Below, in pieces: positions 1 to 9,091 of a stretch of 11,280 nucleotides of DNA. The position numbers and the translations under genes were made by a program. The DNA is from Raphidiopsis brookii D9 (GTDB taxonomy: Bacteria; Cyanobacteriota; Cyanobacteriia; Cyanobacteriales; Nostocaceae). The DNA is taken from contig ACYB01000012.1 of the NCBI GenBank assembly GCA_000175855.1, forward strand, positions 1-11,280. The letters run 5' to 3'. Numbering within the stretch: position 1 is the stretch's first letter; each line of letters starts with the position of its first letter. Below the pieces are notes generated by a model. The model was not told the origin of the DNA and did not search any database. It saw only the letters and a program-made list of their open reading frames with translations.

Positions 1-184
1 CTCGGCAATAGCAAATAGTGGAAGTTCCAGCTCCATCCCCCCTGATGTACAGTTCGACATCGTACAACCTTTGCCCTGCTGAGTTTTTGATGCTTTTGAT
101 TTTACCTTCATCTGCATATCTCCTCAAAGTGTTGGGATGCATCCCAAGAATTTTGACTGCTTTTCTAAGTGGTATGTACGCCAT
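1..184 (-). CDS. tnpA: IS607-family transposon recombinase TnpA, N-terminal fragment (MerR-like HTH followed by the start of a serine recombinase catalytic domain); truncated by the window edge
   Basis: Manual translation of the reverse complement from ATG at 184..182 gives MAYIPLRKAVKILGMHPNTLRRYADEGKIKSIKNSAGQRLYDVELYIRGDGAGTSTICYCR, open through position 1. 'LRKAxxxLGxHPNTLRRYADxGKI...AGQRLYDV' is the MerR-like HTH typical of IS607 TnpA. 'ICYCR' matches the start of the serine recombinase domain (YxRVS), with the rest off-window. Confidence 0.88.
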   Translation of the reverse strand, partial: MAYIPLRKAVKILGMHPNTLRRYADEGKIKSIKNSAGQRLYDVELYIRGDGAGTSTICYCR

Positions 185-190
185 ACTTAA

Positions 191-220
191 ACTATAGCAT
201 TAGTTGCTAAAAGTTAGCAA
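191..220 (-). promoter_or_regulatory. Candidate sigma70-like promoter for tnpA overlapping the inverted repeat
   Basis: Minus strand: TTGCTA (220..215), 18-nt spacer, TATAGT (196..191), then ATG at 184. Motif reading only. Confidence 0.25.
204..220. repeat. Short perfect inverted repeat TTGCTAA-aag-TTAGCAA upstream of tnpA
   Basis: Seen directly: TTGCTAA at 204..210, spacer aag, TTAGCAA at 214..220. It is followed by palindrome AACTAGTT at 227..234. Confidence 0.6.
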
Positions 221-491
221 GTGGATAACTAGTTAATTTCCTTCTTGTTAAAGTTTTGGTTTAAAAAATTTTGTGAGCTGACGTTTTCTGCCGATTTTGG
301 GCTTTTCAGTTCCCCGGTGCAAAATCCGTCTCGAACTCAATCATACTACACTTTAGCCATTCCGCCATCTCTTAATAATTCTTTATCTTAGGGACAGGAG
401 CGTCAAATCACTAAGTTTTTTAACAATCAATACTATTTGGCGAGACTTTGTTATATATAGGTCTTGGTAATATCTCTTTTGAGAAGCAATT

Positions 492-2462
492 ATGTCTCAA
501 ACAACTATAGAATCAATCTTACAAGAAAAACGTCTCTTCCATCCCACTAGTAATTTTTCCCAACAGGCCAATATTAAAAGTCTAGAAGAGTACCAGCGTA
601 TCTATGATGCTGCTAGAGCAAATCCTGAAGTGTTTTGGGCAGATTTGGCACAAAAAGAGTTACATTGGTTCACTAAATGGGATGCTGTCTTAGATTGGCA
701 ACCCCCCTTTGCCAAGTGGTTTGTTAATGGCAAGATTAATATATCTTACAACTGTCTTGACCGTCACCTGACAACTTGGCGAAAAAACAAAGCAGCTCTT
801 ATTTGGGAAGGTGAACCAGGGGATAGTCGTACCCTTACATACGCCCAACTTCATCGGGAAGTTTGTCAATTTGCTAATGTCCTCAAGCAATTGGGAGTTA
901 AAAAGGGCGATCGGGTAGGTATTTATATGCCTATGATACCAGAATCAGCTATTGCTATGTTAGCTTGTGCCAGAATTGGTGCACCTCATAGTGTTGTGTT
1001 TGGTGGTTTTAGTGCTGAGGCATTGCGCGATCGCCTGAATGATGCCCAAGCTAAGGTAGTAGTCACAGCTGATGGAGGTTGGCGCAAGGACACAATTGTG
1101 GCTCTCAAACAACAGGTAGATCTAGCTTTGAGCAATAATTCTGTTCCTAGTGTGACAGATGTGTTAGTGGTCAAGCGCACAGAACAAGAAACCCAAATGG
1201 AACCGGGACGGGACCACTGGTGGCATGATTTACGAAAGAACGTCTCCGCTGACTGTCCAGCTGAACCCATGGATAGTGAGGATATGTTATTTGTTCTCTA
1301 CACATCCGGTAGTACGGGGAAACCTAAAGGAGTAGTACACACCACTGGTGGTTATAACCTGTACAGTCATATTACCACCAAATGGATTTTTGATCTCCAG
1401 GAGACAGATGTTTACTGGTGTACAGCTGATGTGGGTTGGATTACCGGTCATAGTTATATAGTGTATGGTCCCCTCTCCAATGGCGCTACTACAGTTATGT
1501 ATGAAGGTGCGCCTAGAGCTTCTAATCCTGGTTGTTTTTGGGATGTAATTGAAAAGTATGGAGTAACTATTTTCTATACTGCTCCTACAGCCATCCGAGC
1601 ATTTATTAAAATGGGAGAACATCATCCAAAGGCTAGAAATCTTTCATCCCTGAGATTATTGGGTACGGTGGGAGAACCAATTAACCCGGAAGCTTGGATG
1701 TGGTATTATAAAGTCATTGGTGGCGAACGTTGTCCCATTGTTGACACTTGGTGGCAAACGGAAACAGGTGGTATTATGATTACACCCTTACCTGGAGCCA
1801 TAGCAACGAAACCCGGATCGGCAACCCTTCCCTTCCCCGGTATTATAGCAGATATTGTCGACTCAGAAGGCAATTCAGTTCCCAATAACCAAGGTGGTTA
1901 TTTGGCAGTGCGCTATCCCTGGCCAGGAATGATGCGAACAGTTTATGGTGATCCAGATCGATTCCGTCGTACCTACTGGGAACATATACCTCCTAAAGAA
2001 GGCAACTACACTTATTTTGCCGGTGATGGAGCTAGGCAAGATGAAGATGGCTATTTTTGGGTCATGGGAAGAGTAGATGATGTACTTAATGTTTCTGGAC
2101 ACCGTTTAGGTACCATGGAAGTGGAGTCCGCCCTAGTTTCCCACCCCGCCGTAGCTGAAGCTGCTGTGGTCGGTAAACCTGATGAATTAAAAGGGGAAGA
2201 AGTTGTAGCTTTTGTGACATTAGAAGGCAGCCATAAGGGGAATGAGGAATTAAGCAAAGAATTAAAACAACACGTGGTTAGAGAAATAGGAGCGATCGCC
2301 CGTCCTAGTGAAATTAGATTTACCGATGCTTTGCCAAAAACCAGATCGGGGAAGATCATGCGTCGTTTGCTGAGGAGTTTAGCAGCAGGTCAAGAAGTGT
2401 CCGGTGACACATCTACTTTGGAAGATCGCAGCGTGTTGGATAAATTGCGGGAAGGAAATTAG
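492..2462 (+). CDS. acs: Acetyl-CoA synthetase (AMP-forming acetate--CoA ligase)
   Basis: 656-aa ORF with N-terminal ACAS-type region, AMP-binding motif [61 protein letters not shown], and C-terminal RSGKIMRR containing the conserved catalytic/acetylatable lysine. Confidence 0.97.
   Translation: MSQTTIESILQEKRLFHPTSNFSQQANIKSLEEYQRIYDAARANPEVFWADLAQKELHWFTKWDAVLDWQPPFAKWFVNGKINISYNCLDRHLTTWRKNKAALIWEGEPGDSRTLTYAQLHREVCQFANVLKQLGVKKGDRVGIYMPMIPESAIAMLACARIGAPHSVVFGGFSAEALRDRLNDAQAKVVVTADGGWRKDTIVALKQQVDLALSNNSVPSVTDVLVVKRTEQETQMEPGRDHWWHDLRKNVSADCPAEPMDSEDMLFVLYTSGSTGKPKGVVHTTGGYNLYSHITTKWIFDLQETDVYWCTADVGWITGHSYIVYGPLSNGATTVMYEGAPRASNPGCFWDVIEKYGVTIFYTAPTAIRAFIKMGEHHPKARNLSSLRLLGTVGEPINPEAWMWYYKVIGGERCPIVDTWWQTETGGIMITPLPGAIATKPGSATLPFPGIIADIVDSEGNSVPNNQGGYLAVRYPWPGMMRTVYGDPDRFRRTYWEHIPPKEGNYTYFAGDGARQDEDGYFWVMGRVDDVLNVSGHRLGTMEVESALVSHPAVAEAAVVGKPDELKGEEVVAFVTLEGSHKGNEELSKELKQHVVREIGAIARPSEIRFTDALPKTRSGKIMRRLLRSLAAGQEVSGDTSTLEDRSVLDKLREGN
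1027..1034. repeat. HIP1 octamer GCGATCGC
   Basis: Exact octamer seen. Three further exact copies are listed separately. Confidence 0.9.
2292..2299. repeat. HIP1 octamer GCGATCGC
   Basis: Exact octamer seen. Confidence 0.9.
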
Positions 2463-2500
2463 GGACCAGCAGATATTTTTTCATGGATATGGCATGGATT

Positions 2501-2574
2501 GCTGGAAATTATAAATCAAAATAGTGCCTAAATTCGTAAAGATTGTGCTAACCATAGATTAGGAATTTCCAGCT
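2501..2574. repeat. 10-bp perfect inverted repeat GCTGGAAATT ... AATTTCCAGC in the acs-tamB intergenic region
   Basis: Seen directly: arms at 2501..2510 and 2565..2574, 54-nt spacer. Confidence 0.5.
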
Positions 2575-2600
2575 CTATAAATATTGAGTCATATTCTATC

Positions 2601-5600
2601 ATGTCGAAATCTTCTCCCCCATCCTTCCCACAAAGCCCAAGTCAAACCCTATGGTGGCTGTTTTTGACCCGTGGTAGCATAGCCCTGGGTGGCTCTGTGC
2701 TGATTTTATTAATGGGTGGAATGTGGTGGGTGCGGGGTTTTATCCAAAAAGAATTGTCACCTTTAGCACAAAAGAGTCTCACCTCTACTTTGAATCGTCC
2801 TATAAACTTAGGAGCAGTCAAAGGGTTTTCCTTAACGGGGGTGCAGTTTGCTGCTTCTAGTATTCCCCCAACTCCTACAGACCCAGATAAGATAACTATC
2901 CAAGCAGTAGATGTGAGTTTTAATCCCTGGGATTTAGTGGTCAACCGTCAGATCAAATTAGATGTTACTCTAATTAACCCAGATATTTATATTGAGCAGG
3001 ATAATCAACAGCGCTGGATTAGCACCACTATTGCTCCCCCTGGAGAGCCAGGTATTATTAAAACTGATTTAAGTAAACTAAGTGTTCGTAATGCCAGGTT
3101 AGTATTGGTTCCCAATCAAAAACCGGAGAGTGCAGGGAGCAATGGTAGGTTACCAGTTCCTGTTACTTTTTTAGGACTCTATGGTAGGGTTCAACTGTTT
3201 ACAAACAATCAAACCAATAGCAGTCAAAATAATATTGAGCGGATCAAATTTGACCTGACTGGAAAGAATCAAAGTGGTGGTGACATTTCTCTAGAGGGAA
3301 ATATTGACACTAAATCTACAGTATCAGGCGATGTGAATTTAAAAACTAAGGAACTGTATATAGCAGATATTGTTGGGTTAGTTCCAGCAGCATTAAGTGT
3401 AAAATCAGGGAAGATTAATAGTGATTTAAAAATTCAATTAACACCAGAGGATCCGATTTTAGTCTATGGCAATGCGAGTTTAGAAGGAATAAGCTGGCAA
3501 TTGCCACAAACACCACAAATGTTTAGTAATACCCAGGGGAATATCAAGTTTCAGGGAACAGGAATTGAGATAGATAACTTAGTGAGTAATTATGGCAAAA
3601 TTCCCCTGGTTGCTAAAGGTTCTATTGACCAGAAACGGGGGTTCAATTTAACTGGAGTTGTCAATGCTGTTAGCGCTTCCCAAGCTCTAGAAACATTAAA
3701 AATTAAGTCACCCGTTCCCATAAGTGGAGTATTAAAAGCGAATTTACAATTCCTAGGCGATATTTCTCAACCAGTGCTGTTGGGTCAGATTAGTAATGTT
3801 AAAAATGCTCAAATTGATCGATTGGATTTTGAGAGAGTCAGCGGCAAATTTGAACTAACTACCCGCACACCTCAGATAGCTTTTAAAGATATTCAAGTGG
3901 TATCTAGTTTAGGTGGTGAACTGACTGGAGCGGGAAAAATTACCCTGGGTCAAATACCGGAAGTAAGCATGAATTTAAACGCCAAAAATCTAGATGGTGA
4001 TGCCTTATCCCGAGTTTATAGTCAAAGAAATAATGCTGATTTTCAAATCGGTAAACTATCAGCCACCGCCAATATATCAGGAAAAGCCAGCAATCTTCAG
4101 ACCTTTTTAAAATGGCAAGCTCCGCAAGCTACATACCCCCTCACTGGAGAAACAGTTATTAACCCCAATAACAGCATTGATTTTCCTAATGTTACCGTCA
4201 ATATCAATGGTAATATAATCCAAGCATCTGGCAATTACAATCGTCAGAAATGGCAGGCGATCGCTCAAGCAAACAATATTAAATTAGCAAATTTTGAAAG
4301 CTTATTGAAAAACCAACCAGAAAATAACCTGGACAATATTAACTTAACCGATGCAGAGCTTAATGGTAAGTTAATTGTGTCGGGAACTTCTGACAACTTA
4401 AAAATTACTAATATTCGACCAGAGCAGTTAAATGTCAATATTGTGGGTGGTAGAATAGGGCTTGCTGGTATGGAACTAAATAACAACAAATTTACTGCCC
4501 ACCTAGTGACTGAGAATCTGCGGGTTGCCAAAATAATCAAGCAATCCCCACCTATTCTTAATTATCCTCTAGAGGGTAAATTAACCATTGTTGGTGACAC
4601 GGAAAATATAAATCTCAAAACCCTAAATGCTAGTGGAAAAGCTAAACTACAAATCGACAATGGTAGAATTAACCTCCAGGAAATCAGAGTTAGTGATGGC
4701 AATTATCAAGCTAAAGTAGCAATTGCCAACGTGCCCATACAAAAATTAGCATCCATGCCACCCGAATTAAAGGGAGGATTAGGTGGTCAGTTAAATATTG
4801 CTGGATCTCTAGGGAATTTGCAATCGGAAAATATTCAAATAAATGGAGTAGCAGAAATAAATATTGCTGGGGGAAAAATTACCGCTTCTGGAATTAAAAT
4901 TAGTAAAGGTGCTTACCAAGCCATAGTCAGTGGTTATGGTGTAAAATTAAATCGGATCAATAAACAACTGTCCGGTGAAATTGGTGGAAAATTCCAACTA
5001 GCTGGCATTCTAGGGTCAGCTAAATTGGCAGATGTGCGTGCAGCAGGTGAGATAGAATTTAATCCAATTAGGAGAGAGCTTAACTCACCCATAGTAGCTG
5101 GGGTGTATTGGAGTGGTCAACAATTAAATATTGCCCAACTCAAGGGTAGTAACTTCCATGCTAAAGGTTATATTTTAGCCAATGCCCAACAACCGGGAAT
5201 GCCAGAACTTGGGGAAATGAAAATTAGTTTGCAAGCCCAGGATTATGATTTTCAACAATTGCCATTTTCCGTTCCTTTAAAACTAAGAGGAAAGGCAGAT
5301 TTTCAAGGTGAAATTACTGGTAAAATTACCACGCCTAATCTTGTAGGTAGGCTAGGTTTCAAAAATTTACAGGTGGAGAAATTTTCCTTTGAACCTTTAT
5401 TAGATGGCAACATTAACTTAGTTAAAGGTCAAGATTTAAGTTTAGATTTATCTGGTAAAACAGATAGATTAGCTGCCAACCTAAAGACTAATAATATTAA
5501 TAATCCATCGGGTAGGTTTTTATTCAAGTTGCAACAAATGTCAGTTGAGGGAAACTCAGATGGGGAGAAATTGGCTATTGAAGCTAACAACTTACCCCTG

Positions 5601-8180
5601 GAAAAGTTAAACTTTAATTTACCAGACAATCCAATTATAGGTAAGGGAAGTATAGCTGGCTTATTGACTGGAAACCTGCAGATAAATTACAGGAATTTAG
5701 CCAGCAGGGGAAATATTGAGATTATTAAACCCCAACTGGCTAGAATTAAAGGACACCTGTTTAAGACAGAATTCAAATATAATAATAATATAACCACCAT
5801 CACCAACGGGCAATTTGTCAGTGGTGAAAGTCGCTATCTATTTGATGGCAGTTTCCAACAAACTCGTCAAGGACCAGAATTACGAAGTAAAATCAGTATT
5901 AGTCAAAGCAAAATCGAAAATTTACTCACCCTGGCACAAATCTTTGAACTTCAAGACCTGGGGAGAGGTTTAAAATTCCCACAATATGGCAGAGCAGCTG
6001 ATTTAAAAACTAGTCCAGTTGGTGGGGTTAATCTCTCTCTACAGGAAACAATTCAACAATTTGGTCAAATTAATGAAATTATTGCCGCAAAAATTGAAAA
6101 GCGCTCCCAGTCTCAACCTATCCCAGATTTAAAAGATATCAAAGGAACTTTTGGCGGTGATATTTATGTGAACCTGAGTGCAAGAACTGGACTAGCACTG
6201 AAATTTAAACTAGCAGGAGAAAACTTTACCTGGGGTAGACCAACCGACCCTGATGGCTTTTATAAAGTGGAAAAAATTCTGGCAGAGGGCAATTTGGAGC
6301 GAGGAATTTTAAGTTTAAACCCCCTGCGGATTCAAGAGGAAAACCAGCTCCTATCCTTTACTGGAAATATAGGTGGTGCAACACAGTCAGGAAAATTAGA
6401 GGTTAAAAATATTCCTACAGAAATATTAAACAGATTTGTTAAATTGCCAGTAGGAATTAATGGTAATATTAATGTTGATGCGGGGATCGCCGGTAGTTTA
6501 GCTAACCCTCAAGCTATGGGAGTATTAACAATTACAGAAGCACAACTTAATAAAAAGCCTATAGAATCAGCCAATGCAAGTTTTCGTTATAGTAATAGTC
6601 GTTTAACGTTTGATAGTCAAATTTTAGCATCTGGTAGAGAACCAGTTGAAATTAGTGGGGATATCCCCTATAAATTACCGTTTGCATCCGTGGTACCAAG
6701 TAGTAACATTACCCTAGACGTGAGGGTAAAAAATCAGGGTTTAGGACTGTTGAATTTGTTTACGGATCAAGTATCTTTTGAAAATGGTGAAGGTGAAGTA
6801 AATTTAGCCATTCGGGGAACTCAAAGAAAACCAATAGTGAAAGGTATTGCTTCTCTAAGAAATGCCACATTTTTAGTGCCAAACTTAGTGGGCAAACTTA
6901 CGGATGTTTCTGGACAAGCGGAATTCGACTTTGATAGAGTATCGCTGAATAATGTCCAAGGACTATTTAGTAAAGGTAAAATAGAAGTTGCAGGAGAAAT
7001 TCCCATTTTTACCAGTAAAAATATCCAAATTAATAACCCTTTGAGTGTCAAGCTGGAACAATTATTATTAAATATCAAGGGATTGTACAAAGGTAATGCT
7101 AGTGGTAATTTAGTAATTACTGGATCTGCATTACAACCACTAATAGGTGGTGATATAGCATTATCAAATGGGCAAGTTTTACTCACAGAATCCCAAACCG
7201 CTAATTCATCCCAAACCGACGATAGAATTGGTGATCCACCCTATCAGAATAACCTATCACCCTTATTGCCTATTCCTACTAAACAGGTAAAACCTATCAA
7301 TCAAAACAATAGTGGACCTATGAGATTTCAAAACCTGCAAATTACCTTAGGTCAGGGGATGCAAATAGCTAGTCCACCTGTATTCAATTTCCTTTCCACA
7401 GGAAAGTTAAATATCAATGGTGAATTAAATAATCTCATCCCTACAGGAACTATTAGATTATTTAGAGGAGGGGTAAATTTATTTACTACTCAATTTAATT
7501 TAATACGTAACTATGAGCACACCGCCACTTTTACGAAGTTCAAACCCCGCATCCCTGAATTAGATGTGAAACTTTTTGCCAAGGTATTGGATGGGATTAA
7601 GACTACAGATCTAACCAGAGAGATTTCTACAGGATTATCCAAATTGGAAACTATCCGGATAGAAGCACGGGTTAAGGGTTATGCAGATAAGTTGAATGAT
7701 AATTTAGAAATAAAAAGTATTCCCTCCCGCTCCCAAATGGAAATTATTAGTTTGCTCGGGGGATTAGGAAGTGAATTTGTTGATAATCAAACGGGTGGTG
7801 ACACTACATTTGGTTTAATTAATATTGCTGGATCTGCTGTGGCAAATTATTTGCAACTGGGGTTTAGTTTTGTTCGCGATGCTATTGGATTAAGTGAGTT
7901 ACGGGTTTTTCCTACAGTTCTATCTCAAAAACCACAATCTAATAGAACTAATTCCAGTTTCATTAATTCAACTTTAACTAATTCAACGGTGGAATTGGCT
8001 TTGGAAGCTGGTGTGGATATCTTTGACAAGTTTTCTTTCTCAACTATTAAAATTATTACTACTGAGGATCCTTTACAATGGGGTTTTAACTACAGATTAA
8101 ACGACAGTTTACGTCTTCGTGGGTCCAGTAATTTCACAGATGATACCCGTGGGGTAATTGAGTTTGAAAGAAGATTTTAA
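2601..8180 (+). CDS. tamB: TamB/DUF490-family translocation and assembly module protein (inner-membrane anchored, periplasm-spanning beta-rich protein)
   Basis: 1859-aa ORF with a single N-terminal transmembrane segment (SIALGGSVLILLMGGMWWVRGF), long repetitive beta-strand-rich AsmA/TamB-like body, and C-terminal DUF490-like region (LDVKLFAKV..., SRSQMEIISLLGGLG..., AVANYLQLGFSFVRDAIGLSELRVFPT, TTEDPLQWGFNYRLNDSLRLRGSSNFTDDTRGVIEFERRF) ending in Phe. Confidence 0.93.
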   Translation: MSKSSPPSFPQSPSQTLWWLFLTRGSIALGGSVLILLMGGMWWVRGFIQKELSPLAQKSLTSTLNRPINLGAVKGFSLTGVQFAASSIPPTPTDPDKITIQAVDVSFNPWDLVVNRQIKLDVTLINPDIYIEQDNQQRWISTTIAPPGEPGIIKTDLSKLSVRNARLVLVPNQKPESAGSNGRLPVPVTFLGLYGRVQLFTNNQTNSSQNNIERIKFDLTGKNQSGGDISLEGNIDTKSTVSGDVNLKTKELYIADIVGLVPAALSVKSGKINSDLKIQLTPEDPILVYGNASLEGISWQLPQTPQMFSNTQGNIKFQGTGIEIDNLVSNYGKIPLVAKGSIDQKRGFNLTGVVNAVSASQALETLKIKSPVPISGVLKANLQFLGDISQPVLLGQISNVKNAQIDRLDFERVSGKFELTTRTPQIAFKDIQVVSSLGGELTGAGKITLGQIPEVSMNLNAKNLDGDALSRVYSQRNNADFQIGKLSATANISGKASNLQTFLKWQAPQATYPLTGETVINPNNSIDFPNVTVNINGNIIQASGNYNRQKWQAIAQANNIKLANFESLLKNQPENNLDNINLTDAELNGKLIVSGTSDNLKITNIRPEQLNVNIVGGRIGLAGMELNNNKFTAHLVTENLRVAKIIKQSPPILNYPLEGKLTIVGDTENINLKTLNASGKAKLQIDNGRINLQEIRVSDGNYQAKVAIANVPIQKLASMPPELKGGLGGQLNIAGSLGNLQSENIQINGVAEINIAGGKITASGIKISKGAYQAIVSGYGVKLNRINKQLSGEIGGKFQLAGILGSAKLADVRAAGEIEFNPIRRELNSPIVAGVYWSGQQLNIAQLKGSNFHAKGYILANAQQPGMPELGEMKISLQAQDYDFQQLPFSVPLKLRGKADFQGEITGKITTPNLVGRLGFKNLQVEKFSFEPLLDGNINLVKGQDLSLDLSGKTDRLAANLKTNNINNPSGRFLFKLQQMSVEGNSDGEKLAIEANNLPLEKLNFNLPDNPIIGKGSIAGLLTGNLQINYRNLASRGNIEIIKPQLARIKGHLFKTEFKYNNNITTITNGQFVSGESRYLFDGSFQQTRQGPELRSKISISQSKIENLLTLAQIFELQDLGRGLKFPQYGRAADLKTSPVGGVNLSLQETIQQFGQINEIIAAKIEKRSQSQPIPDLKDIKGTFGGDIYVNLSARTGLALKFKLAGENFTWGRPTDPDGFYKVEKILAEGNLERGILSLNPLRIQEENQLLSFTGNIGGATQSGKLEVKNIPTEILNRFVKLPVGINGNINVDAGIAGSLANPQAMGVLTITEAQLNKKPIESANASFRYSNSRLTFDSQILASGREPVEISGDIPYKLPFASVVPSSNITLDVRVKNQGLGLLNLFTDQVSFENGEGEVNLAIRGTQRKPIVKGIASLRNATFLVPNLVGKLTDVSGQAEFDFDRVSLNNVQGLFSKGKIEVAGEIPIFTSKNIQINNPLSVKLEQLLLNIKGLYKGNASGNLVITGSALQPLIGGDIALSNGQVLLTESQTANSSQTDDRIGDPPYQNNLSPLLPIPTKQVKPINQNNSGPMRFQNLQITLGQGMQIASPPVFNFLSTGKLNINGELNNLIPTGTIRLFRGGVNLFTTQFNLIRNYEHTATFTKFKPRIPELDVKLFAKVLDGIKTTDLTREISTGLSKLETIRIEARVKGYADKLNDNLEIKSIPSRSQMEIISLLGGLGSEFVDNQTGGDTTFGLINIAGSAVANYLQLGFSFVRDAIGLSELRVFPTVLSQKPQSNRTNSSFINSTLTNSTVELALEAGVDIFDKFSFSTIKIITTEDPLQWGFNYRLNDSLRLRGSSNFTDDTRGVIEFERRF
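4257..4264. repeat. HIP1 octamer GCGATCGC
   Basis: Exact octamer seen. Confidence 0.9.
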
Positions 8181-9091
8181 CGCTCTTGGGTAATTACTAT
8201 CTGTAAATAGGATAATCCTAAAATGATCAGGAATAGGACTAATCCAATAGTACAAGCGTACGTCAATTGTAGATTACTAAATGCTTGCTCATATAGGTAA
8301 TAAACAATTGTTTTAGAGCTATTGAGAGGTCCACCACCGGTCATAATATAAACTTCCTCAAACACTTTAGTAGCGGAAATAGCGGAAATGACTGCTACTA
8401 GAGCTAAATAAGGACGCATTAGAGGAATAGTAATGTCTATATGTTGACTAATACCTTCAGAACCGTCAATAGCAGCAGCTTCATAAATGTCTTCGGGAAT
8501 AGATTGTAACCCAGCTAGATAAATAACCATGTAATATCCCAAACCCTTCCAAATAGTCACAACCATGACGCTGGCCAGGGAAATGGGTACAATTCCTAAG
8601 ATTTTATCTGGACTGGTTAACCAGGGAATCCCATCGGGAAAGATACCCAAGGTTTTGATTAATTGATTTAATAAACCATTTTCTGCATATAACCATTTCC
8701 AAGCAATACCAGCAACTACCATAGAAATTACTACGGGTGTGTAATAAGCAGTTCTAAACCAGCTCATTCCCCGTAATTTTTGATTCACTAAAATTGCTAA
8801 AATTAAGGGTAGAATAACTAGGATTGGTACAACTCCCACTAGGTAAACAACAGTATTAACTAAGGTTAGCCAGAATATGGGGTCATGCCACAACTTGACA
8901 AAGTTGTCAATACCTATAAATTTGGGAGACTCACCAATATCTTGATAGCTGGTAAAGCTCAGGTAAAAAGCTTGCAGTGCAGGTACAAAAACGGTTAAGC
9001 TTAGCAAAAACAAAGCAGGTATTAAAAAGAAATAGGGGGTCAGTTTTTGTTTGATCCTATTCCAGGTCTTGAATGTTAGTTGATTGGTCAT
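8177..9091 (-). CDS. Carbohydrate ABC transporter permease, MalF/UgpA type (binding-protein-dependent transport inner-membrane component)
   Basis: 304-aa ORF with about six hydrophobic segments, N-terminal PYFFLIPALFLLSLTVFVPALQAFYLSFTSY, and EAA loop EAAAIDGSEGISQHIDITIPLMRP followed by TGGGPLNSSKTIVYYLYEQAF, typical of family 1 sugar permeases. Substrate not assignable. Confidence 0.95.
   Translation of the reverse strand: MTNQLTFKTWNRIKQKLTPYFFLIPALFLLSLTVFVPALQAFYLSFTSYQDIGESPKFIGIDNFVKLWHDPIFWLTLVNTVVYLVGVVPILVILPLILAILVNQKLRGMSWFRTAYYTPVVISMVVAGIAWKWLYAENGLLNQLIKTLGIFPDGIPWLTSPDKILGIVPISLASVMVVTIWKGLGYYMVIYLAGLQSIPEDIYEAAAIDGSEGISQHIDITIPLMRPYLALVAVISAISATKVFEEVYIMTGGGPLNSSKTIVYYLYEQAFSNLQLTYACTIGLVLFLIILGLSYLQIVITQER

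Larger units (their letters stand above)
1..240 (-). mobile_element. Probable 5' part of an IS607-family insertion sequence (tnpA start plus upstream end region); exact element boundary not determinable
   Basis: Inferred from the TnpA fragment. The element end should lie upstream of tnpA, between 185 and the acs start. IS607 elements lack long terminal inverted repeats and clear target duplications, so the boundary given is only approximate. Confidence 0.5.

Noticed and set aside
690-1625. Minus-strand ORFs 690..890, 986..1270 and 1287..1625
   Set aside because: They lie wholly inside the well-supported acs CDS on the opposite strand. Their translations have low-complexity or Cys/Ser/Thr-rich character and no recognisable domain, so they are probably shadow ORFs.
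1875-2359. Minus-strand ORFs 1875..2102 and 2051..2359
   Set aside because: Antisense to conserved acs C-terminal coding sequence, with no domain signature.
2642-7186. Minus-strand ORFs 2642..2944, 4265..4540, 5429..5629 and 6821..7186
   Set aside because: All are embedded antisense to the continuous 1859-aa tamB-like ORF. Their compositions look like reverse complements of beta-repeat coding sequence. No protein family was recognised.
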